4,331 nt of DNA, taken from the IMG/VR virus record IMGVR_UViG_2706794682_000011; one strand, written 5' to 3'. Under the pieces are notes generated by a model. It ran no database searches and was not told the origin of the DNA. It saw only the letters and a program-made list of their open reading frames with translations. This stretch comes from a virus (taxonomy: Duplodnaviria; Heunggongvirae; Uroviricota; Caudoviricetes). Shown here piece after piece: positions 1 to 4,331 of this stretch. The position numbers and the translations under genes are program-made. Position 1 is the first letter of the stretch. The number at the start of each line of letters is the position of its first letter.

Positions 1-114
1 TGGGTGAGCAATAATGTATACAAGATTAAGTAGTATATAAATTGCTACCGGAATGAAAATCATGCTCCAGTGTGTATCTTTTTTGGGAGGGATTGGCTGC
101 AAATAATCAGACAC
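1..114 (-). CDS. 5' part of a hypothetical protein with a hydrophobic, transmembrane-like N-terminus; gene continues beyond the left window edge
   Basis: Minus-strand frame has no stop from coordinate 180 down to 1 (60 codons) in about 30% GC DNA where stops are frequent. In-frame starts are GTG 114..112, TTG 102..100 and ATG 63..61. From the ATG the translation is MIFIPVAIYILLNLVYIIAHP, a hydrophobic helix-like stretch. It lies directly downstream of, and on the same strand as, the 125-aa gene. The start codon is uncertain: GGAG sits only 1 nt before the ATG, and GGAAAAA sits 6 nt before the GTG. Not in the ORF track because no stop is in the window. Confidence 0.35.
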   Translation of the reverse strand, partial: MSDYLQPIPPKKDTHWSMIFIPVAIYILLNLVYIIAHP

Positions 115-196
115 CGTTTTTCCATCAGTTTCAAGAAGAATTACTAGATCTCTTACTTCACCACTGACTTGAGTGCATCCTTAGTAGTAATGTTAA

Positions 197-574
197 TCAT
201 TTTTTCCCTCCAAATACGATGCCCTCTACGTCTTTGGAAGCTTTTTGTGATGACCACTCCTCTGAATCAGGTGATTTAATTAAAAATATTGTATCTCCAT
301 CAAAAATCGTATTTGTTCCGTAAAAATTCACATTTGATAGATCACCACCAAAAACCCTCTGCCCACTCGAGGTAATTGCCTCACCTAATTTAGTAAAATT
401 ACCAGCAATAGATGATTTTCTTTTTCCACTTCTATTCAAAGTGGCTTTAATTACACCACCACCATCCTTAGAGTTAAATAATTGAATGTCCACTCCAGCA
501 GTTGGTTGTATATATTTTGAAAGCTCTTTCTTGAACTTGTTAATATATTTATCTTTGTTTTCTTTGTTGGTCAT
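197..574 (-). CDS. hypothetical protein, 125 aa, no family recognised
   Basis: Complete ORF from ATG (574..572) to TGA (199..197). Sampled 60-nt stretches are about 30-33% GC, unlike the neighbouring prophage genes. The translation has no Cys or His, a Lys-rich N-terminus (MTNKENKDKYINKFKK) and a Gly/Ser/Asn/Thr-rich body. No signal peptide or recognisable catalytic motif. Divergent from the ybcN operon. Confidence 0.7.
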   Translation of the reverse strand: MTNKENKDKYINKFKKELSKYIQPTAGVDIQLFNSKDGGGVIKATLNRSGKRKSSIAGNFTKLGEAITSSGQRVFGGDLSNVNFYGTNTIFDGDTIFLIKSPDSEEWSSQKASKDVEGIVFGGKK

Positions 575-661
575 TGGTTAGATCCATAGTTCTGGCTGTG
601 ATTAGGTGAAAGTATACAAGGTTTTTAAAGCGAAGATCACTGTTTTGGCTTCAAGATAGTT

Positions 662-690
662 TTGATTTATCGTAATCAATCCGCCATAAT
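662..690 (+). promoter_or_regulatory. candidate sigma70 promoter (TTGATT, 17-nt spacer, CATAAT) directed towards the ylcH-like/ybcN operon
   Basis: -35-like TTGATT at 662-667 and -10-like CATAAT at 685-690 with a 17-nt spacer, about 55 nt upstream of the small ORF start at 747. Motif match by eye only. Confidence 0.3.
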
Positions 691-746
691 CCTCTCATCG
701 GAGCCTGAACAACTCCGGTGACTTCTGCGCATTTAAGGGGACTTAA

Positions 747-842
747 ATGCGACCACAATCTGAACTCATCACCTTGTCACAGATGCAGAAATGCACCTGC
801 GATTTTCTGCATTCTGCGGTTTCCGTTAGGGAGGCCGTATGA
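747..842 (+). CDS. ylcH: small protein (31 aa), YlcH-like position immediately upstream of ybcN
   Basis: ATG at 747 preceded by AAGGGG at a typical SD distance. Translation is MRPQSELITLSQMQKCTCDFLHSAVSVREAV. Its TGA stop (840-842) overlaps the ybcN ATG (839-841) as ATGA. K-12 has a small ylcH gene in this position; the sequence identity is not verified from memory. Below the ORF-track length cutoff. Confidence 0.45.
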   Translation: MRPQSELITLSQMQKCTCDFLHSAVSVREAV

Positions 843-1294
843 CTCTGCCAGTAGACGGCATCAAACTCCATCGCGGTAACTTCGCGGCCATCGGCCAGCA
901 GATTCAGCCATTGCTGGATGCCGGGCAATGCTTACGCCTGCAGGTTAAGCCGTGGCGCGAGAAGCGCAGCCTGTCGCAGAACGCGCTCAGCCACATGTGG
1001 TACACGGAGATCAGCGAATATCTCATCGCCCGCGGCAAGACCTTCGCTACGCCTGAGTGGGTCAAAGACGCGATGAAGCACACCTATCTCGGCTACGAAA
1101 GCAAAGACCGTGTAGATGTCGTGTCCGGCGAGGTCACCACCGTCCAATCCCTCCGCCATACGTCAGAGCTGGAAACCGGCGAGATGTACATCTTCCTGTG
1201 CAAAGTCGAAGCCTGGGCGATGAATATCGGCTGCCACCTGACAATTCCGCAGAGCTGTGAATACCAGCAGCTGCGCGATAAGCAGGAGGCGTAA
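839..1294 (+). CDS. ybcN: DLP12-type prophage protein YbcN (annotated in K-12 as a DNA base-flipping protein), 151 aa
   Basis: ORF-track translation MTLPVDGIKLHRGNF...LRDKQEA matches my recollection of K-12 YbcN in length and sequence. Strong SD AGGGAGG lies 4 nt upstream of the ATG. Gene order ybcN-ninE-ybcO-rusA is syntenic with DLP12. Confidence 0.9.
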   Translation: MTLPVDGIKLHRGNFAAIGQQIQPLLDAGQCLRLQVKPWREKRSLSQNALSHMWYTEISEYLIARGKTFATPEWVKDAMKHTYLGYESKDRVDVVSGEVTTVQSLRHTSELETGEMYIFLCKVEAWAMNIGCHLTIPQSCEYQQLRDKQEA

Positions 1295-1464
1295 TGGCTA
1301 CACCGCTTATTCGTGTCATGAACGGGCACATCTACAGAGTATCAAATCGTCGTAAGCGTAAGCCTGAGCTGAAGCCATCCGAAATACCAACACTGCTCGG
1401 ATATACCGCTAGCCTGGTTGATAAAAAATGGTTGCGACTGGCAGCAAGGAGGAATCATGGCTGA
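1294..1464 (+). CDS. ninE: NinE family prophage protein, 56 aa
   Basis: ATG at 1294 overlaps the ybcN stop (TAATG). AGGAGG lies 4 nt upstream. My manual translation is [56 protein letters not shown], ending at TGA 1462-1464, which matches lambdoid NinE as I recall it. Absent from the ORF track because it is under about 60 aa. Confidence 0.85.
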   Translation: MATPLIRVMNGHIYRVSNRRKRKPELKPSEIPTLLGYTASLVDKKWLRLAARRNHG

Positions 1465-1747
1465 TTTGAGAAAAGCAGCGCGTGGTCGGGAATGCCAGGT
1501 AAGAATCCCTGGCGTATGTAATGGCAATCCTGAAACGTCAGTACTGGCACATATCCGGCTGGCTGGATTGTGCGGTACCGGTATCAAACCGCCAGACCTG
1601 ATTGCCACCATTGCATGTTCTGCCTGTCACGACGAAATCGACCGCCGCACATATTTTGTCGATGCTGAGTATGCAAAAGAATGCGCGCTGGAAGGTATGG
1701 CGAGAACGCAGGTTATCTGGCTGAAAGAGGGGGTTATTAAGGCGTGA
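1457..1747 (+). CDS. ybcO: YbcO, Cys-rich putative prophage nuclease (DUF1364-type), 96 aa
   Basis: ATG at 1457 preceded by AGGAGG (1447-1452). Translation [24 protein letters not shown]...CSACHDE...KEGVIKA matches K-12 YbcO. The TTG at 1418 used by the ORF track is an upstream in-frame extension without an SD. Overlaps the ninE 3' end by 8 nt. Confidence 0.9.
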   Translation: MADLRKAARGRECQVRIPGVCNGNPETSVLAHIRLAGLCGTGIKPPDLIATIACSACHDEIDRRTYFVDAEYAKECALEGMARTQVIWLKEGVIKA

Positions 1748-2106
1748 ATACCTACAGCATCACATTACCCTGGCCTCCGAGCAATAACCGCTATTACCGC
1801 CATAATCGCGGGCGCACACACATCAGCGCAGAAGGGCAGGCATACCGCGATAACGTCACCCGAATCATTAAAAACGCAATGCTGGATATCGGCCTGGCTA
1901 TGCCAGTGAAAATCCGTATTGAGTGCCACATGCCGGATCGCCGTCGCCGTGACCTGGATAATCTGCAAAAAGCCGCTTTTGACGCACTCACCAAAGCAGG
2001 TTTCTGGCTGGATGATGCTCAGGTCGTTGATTACCGCGTTGTGAAGATGCCTGTTACCAAAGGTGGGAGGCTGGAACTGACCATCACCGAAATGGGGAAT
2101 GAATGA
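1744..2106 (+). CDS. rusA: RusA Holliday-junction resolvase (crossover junction endodeoxyribonuclease), 120 aa
   Basis: Translation [26 protein letters not shown]...LTITEMGNE matches K-12 RusA. GTG start at 1744 overlaps the ybcO TGA stop (GTGA). Confidence 0.95.
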   Translation: MNTYSITLPWPPSNNRYYRHNRGRTHISAEGQAYRDNVTRIIKNAMLDIGLAMPVKIRIECHMPDRRRRDLDNLQKAAFDALTKAGFWLDDAQVVDYRVVKMPVTKGGRLELTITEMGNE

Positions 2107-2243
2107 TGTTTGAGTTTTATATGGCAGAACTTCTTCGCCACCGCTGGGGGCATCTGCGCTTATATCGTTTCCCCGGTTCTGTTTTGACCGATTACCGAAT
2201 ACTGAAGAATTACGCCAAAACCCTGACAGGAGCAGGAGTATGA
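2103..2243 (+). CDS. ylcG: small prophage protein YlcG, 46 aa
   Basis: ATG at 2103 overlaps the rusA stop (ATGA). My manual translation is [46 protein letters not shown] with TGA at 2241-2243, consistent with K-12 YlcG. Same position between rusA and quuD. Confidence 0.75.
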   Translation: MMFEFYMAELLRHRWGHLRLYRFPGSVLTDYRILKNYAKTLTGAGV

Positions 2244-2328
2244 AGTCAGAGATAACAATCAACTAATACTGTTTTGTTGATTTTTGCTTGTAATTGGCGT
2301 TCTGGTCTGATTTTTGTGGAGTAAGTTG

Positions 2329-2712
2329 ATGCGTGATATTCAGATGGTTCTTGAGCGTTGGGGAGCGTGGGCGGCTAATAATCATGAAGATGTGACCTGG
2401 TCGTCCATTGCCGCCGGTTTTAAGGGATTAATTACTTCAAAAGTAAAATCTCGCCCGCAATGTTGTGACGATGACGCGATGATTATTTGCGGGTGCATGG
2501 CCCGTCTGAAAAAGAACAACAGCGATTTGCACGATTTATTAGTAGATTATTATGTAGTCGGTATGACATTCATGTCACTGGCAGGTAAGCATTGCTGCTC
2601 TGATGGTTATATCGGGAAAAGGTTACAGAAGGCTGAGGGCATAATTGAAGGGATGTTAATGGCATTAGATATCCGGTTAGAGATGGATATCGTTGTTAAT
2701 AACTCTAATTAA
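2329..2712 (+). CDS. quuD: Q-like late-gene antiterminator QuuD (YbcQ), 127 aa
   Basis: ATG at 2329 with GGAG 7 nt upstream. Translation [24 protein letters not shown]...[16 protein letters not shown]...IVVNNSN matches DLP12 QuuD. The ORF-track TTG at 2314 adds 5 residues and was not chosen. Confidence 0.9.
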   Translation: MRDIQMVLERWGAWAANNHEDVTWSSIAAGFKGLITSKVKSRPQCCDDDAMIICGCMARLKKNNSDLHDLLVDYYVVGMTFMSLAGKHCCSDGYIGKRLQKAEGIIEGMLMALDIRLEMDIVVNNSN

Positions 2713-2745
2713 TATGCCAATTGTTTACTAAAAATTATTAAAAAT

Positions 2746-2763
2746 GGGGCGTTGCAACGCCCC
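2746..2763 (-). terminator. perfect 18-bp palindrome GGGGCGTTGCAACGCCCC flanked by A/T tracts; candidate intrinsic terminator, best oriented for minus-strand (porin) transcripts
   Basis: The palindrome is read directly from the sequence. On the minus-strand transcript it is followed by AUUUUUAAUAAUUUUU. On the plus strand it is followed by CAAAAAU, which is not U-rich, so plus-strand termination would be weak. Confidence 0.4.
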
Positions 2764-2829
2764 CAAAAATAAAGGGTAATATATAACAGAAGGTTTATAT
2801 AGTTAGAAGCAAGGTTGTGCTCCTAAAGG

Positions 2830-2890
2830 AAGTGGCTTGAGGGAGCCACTTATATGTTGGGGAGGCAAAGCCTCCCGCAACATATCTTTT
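2830..2890 (+). terminator. tandem stem-loops ending in a T-tract; candidate terminator for rightward (quuD or late-promoter) transcripts
   Basis: Hairpin A is 2830-2851 (AAGTGGCT / AGCCACTT, 6-nt loop). Hairpin B is 2852-2885 (ATATGTTGGGGAGGC / GCCTCCC-G-CAACATAT, 15 bp with one bulge, 3-nt loop) and is followed by CTTTT at 2886-2890. It lies immediately 3' of the porin stop on the opposite strand. Confidence 0.4.
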
Positions 2891-2900
2891 AGTAATCAAA

Positions 2901-3947
2901 TTAGAACTGGTAAACCATACCTACAGCAACGATATCATCGGTAGCAACGCCAGATGCTTTCGTGAAATCGCTCTTATCAATCAGGTTGATTTTGTAATCA
3001 ACAAAAGTGGACATATTTTTGTTGAAGTAATAGGTTGCACCTACATCAATATATTCAACCAGGTCCTGATCACCCCACGCACCCAAGTCTTTTCCTTTAG
3101 ATTGCAGGTAAGCAACGGACGGACGCAGACCGAAGTCGAACTGATATTGTGCAACTACTTCGAAGTTTTGTGCTTTGTTGGCAATATGGTTATTACCAAA
3201 AACAGTCATGTTCTGGGTTTCAGAATAGGTGGTAGCCAGATAGATGTTGTTCGCATCATATTTCAGACCAGCTGCCCATACTTCAGCATTTTGACCAGAT
3301 GCATTCAGGCTGTTGTTACCGTAGATAACCTGATTATTAGTGCGGTCAGATTTAGCATAGGTTGCACCTACACCGAATCCTTCATACTCATAAGTAGTGG
3401 AGAAACCGAAACCATCACCATTAGCTTCAGTTACGTCAGTGCGGTCATTTTTACCCTGATACTGAGCAGCAAAGTTCAGACCATCAACCAGACCAAAGAA
3501 GTCGTTGTTACGATAAGTTGCAACACCAGTGGTGCGACCAGTCATGAACACATCTGTTTGAGTCCAAGTGTCACCACCGAATTCTGGCAGGACGTCAGTC
3601 CACGCACCGATGTCGTATGCTACACCGTAGTTACGGCCGTAATCGATGGAGCCGTAGTCACCGAATTTCAGGCCAGCGAAGGCAAGACGGGTTTTATCTT
3701 TGGAGGAACCTTGAGATTCAGCGCGGTTGCCTTTGAATTCATATTCCCACTGACCGAAACCAGTCAGTTGATCGTTGATTTGGGTTTCACCTTTGAAGCC
3801 AAGACGGGCATAAGTAGTATCACCATCATCTGCATCATTAGAGGAGAAGTAGTGCTTAGCATTAACTTTCCCGTACAGATCCAGCTTGTTACTGTCTTTA
3901 TTATAAATTTCAGCTGCCTGAGCAGACATCGCCATCAGTACTGATGC
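2901..3947 (-). CDS. nmpC: outer-membrane general porin of the NmpC/Lc (OmpC/OmpF/PhoE) family; 5' end truncated by the N gap
   Basis: Translation has the mature N-terminus [17 protein letters not shown] and the canonical C-terminus ...VAVGMVYQF with a terminal Phe. The frame stays open above the ORF-track Met to the gap edge (..[11 protein letters not shown] is signal-peptide-like), so the true start lies in or beyond the Ns. Stop TAA at 2903..2901. The C-terminus is intact. Confidence 0.95.
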   Translation of the reverse strand, partial: ASVLMAMSAQAAEIYNKDSNKLDLYGKVNAKHYFSSNDADDGDTTYARLGFKGETQINDQLTGFGQWEYEFKGNRAESQGSSKDKTRLAFAGLKFGDYGSIDYGRNYGVAYDIGAWTDVLPEFGGDTWTQTDVFMTGRTTGVATYRNNDFFGLVDGLNFAAQYQGKNDRTDVTEANGDGFGFSTTYEYEGFGVGATYAKSDRTNNQVIYGNNSLNASGQNAEVWAAGLKYDANNIYLATTYSETQNMTVFGNNHIANKAQNFEVVAQYQFDFGLRPSVAYLQSKGKDLGAWGDQDLVEYIDVGATYYFNKNMSTFVDYKINLIDKSDFTKASGVATDDIVAVGMVYQF

Positions 3948-4043
3948 NNNNNNNNNNNNNNNNNNNNNNNNNNNNNNNNNNNNNNNNNNNNNNNNNNNNN
4001 NNNNNNNNNNNNNNNNNNNNNNNNNNNNNNNNNNNNNNNNNNN
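3948..4043. other. run of 96 N: assembly or scaffold gap of unknown true length
   Basis: Counted directly as 96 consecutive n characters. It removes the porin start codon, the first part of its signal peptide and the proximal promoter. Confidence 0.95.
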
Positions 4044-4117
4044 ATTAACGGCTGTTATTTATAAGTGCTCTATAATTTGAAGGTTCAATTTAAACCGGCT
4101 AAAAATAACACTGGAAA

Positions 4118-4139
4118 TTATTTGTTGGTTATTTGTTGG
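4118..4139. repeat. perfect tandem direct repeat, 2 x TTATTTGTTGG, with further ATTTG motifs just downstream
   Basis: TTATTTGTTGG at 4118-4128 and again at 4129-4139, followed by GATTTGCTTATGTATTTGTAG. It lies in the AT-rich region expected to be upstream of the porin gene. Confidence 0.5.
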
Positions 4140-4228
4140 GATTTGCTTATGTATTTGTAGTGGTGTTTTCAATACTCGGTAGCATTCTCGCAAATATCAT
4201 TTAGTGGTTTACGTACGTAAAAAATTGG

Positions 4229-4331
4229 GGTAATGACTCCAACTTATTGATAGTGTTTTATGTTCAGATAATGCCCGATGACTTTGTCATGCAGCTCCAC
4301 CGATTTTGAGAACGACAGCGACTTCCGTCCC
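4229..4331 (-). mobile_element. IS1 insertion sequence, right-end terminal 103 bp including the terminal inverted repeat; element continues beyond the window
   Basis: The reverse complement of 4229-4331 is GGGACGGAAGTCGCTGTCGTTCTCAAAATCGGTGGAGCTGCATGACAAAGTCATCGGGCATTATCTGAACATAAAACACTATCAATAAGTTGGAGTCATTACC, which matches the IS1 right end as I recall it. The terminal inverted repeat GGTAATGACTCCAACTTATTGAT starts at 4229. Confidence 0.85.
4244..4331 (-). CDS. insB: IS1 transposase InsB, 3' end only (C-terminus ...GRKSLSFSKSVELHDKVIGHYLNIKHYQ)
   Basis: Minus-strand frame ends at TAA (4246..4244) and encodes the recalled InsB C-terminus. The 5' part is outside the window. Confidence 0.75.
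   Translation of the reverse strand, partial: GRKSLSFSKSVELHDKVIGHYLNIKHYQ

Noticed and set aside
155-200. 15-codon minus-strand ORF starting at the ATGA overlap with the 125-aa gene stop
   Set aside because: Too short to call as a gene. It is noted in a finding as a possible reinitiation leader only.
743-928. 61-aa minus-strand ORF from the track
   Set aside because: It lies antisense across the ylcH-like ORF and the ybcN start, has no SD, and the opposite strand carries a well-supported gene.
932-1331. Several ORFs inside ybcN (minus 932-1159, 1093-1329, 1134-1331; plus 1057-1260)
   Set aside because: All overlap the confidently identified ybcN reading frame. They are typical chance open frames in GC-rich coding DNA; the plus-strand one is Arg/Pro-rich and out of frame.
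1418-1456. TTG-initiated N-terminal extension of ybcO from the ORF track
   Set aside because: The ATG at 1457 has a consensus AGGAGG 4 nt upstream and gives the 96-aa K-12-length product. The TTG start has no SD and would sit inside ninE.
1342-1611. 89-aa minus-strand ORF
   Set aside because: Antisense to ninE and ybcO, both recognisable prophage genes with strong SD sequences.
1765-2262. 165-aa and 66-aa minus-strand ORFs
   Set aside because: Antisense to rusA and ylcG. No independent support, and the sense strand encodes recognisable proteins.
2314-2328. TTG start extending quuD by five residues
   Set aside because: GGAG at 2318-2321 is correctly spaced for the ATG at 2329, and the 127-aa product matches DLP12 QuuD.
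3102-3944. 280-aa plus-strand ORF
   Set aside because: Antisense to the porin gene, whose identity is unambiguous from its mature N-terminus and C-terminal YQF. The translation is low-complexity Val/Ile/Thr-rich, as expected for the complement of a beta-barrel gene.
4071-4076. Consensus TATAAT on the plus strand just right of the gap
   Set aside because: There is no acceptable -35 or extended -10 (TGn) upstream in the visible sequence, and the upstream context is partly lost in the Ns, so a promoter call is not supportable.
1-4331. Searched for CRISPR arrays, tRNA or rRNA genes and an attachment-site core
   Set aside because: No repeat-spacer periodicity, no cloverleaf-compatible segments and no rRNA-like sequence were seen. 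The only repeats are the 11-bp tandem at 4118-4139 and the hairpins at 2746-2885.

Overview
This window reads as the nin-to-Q segment of a DLP12-like defective lambdoid prophage of an Escherichia/Shigella-type genome, followed by a porin gene, an assembly gap and an IS1 end. All protein identifications are from my recollection of E. coli K-12 DLP12 sequences; no database search was run. Positions 747-2712 hold a tightly packed plus-strand block with five overlapping stop/start junctions: a YlcH-like small ORF, ybcN, ninE, ybcO, rusA, ylcG and the Q-like antiterminator quuD. Downstream is a hairpin-rich convergent intergenic region (2713-2900), then an NmpC/Lc-type porin gene on the minus strand with an intact C-terminus whose 5' end is lost in a 96-N gap (3948-4043). 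After an AT-rich spacer with a tandem 11-bp repeat, the terminal 103 bp of an IS1 element (4229-4331) runs off the right edge. The most interesting part is the left 700 bp: a sharply AT-rich minus-strand cassette (about 30-33% GC in two 60-nt samples, against about 60% in one 60-nt sample of ybcN) encoding a 125-aa protein I cannot assign to any family, followed by a second open frame with a transmembrane-like N-terminus that continues past position 1. It sits where K-12 carries ybcM and is the best candidate here for an undescribed accessory module, but only part of it is in the window.
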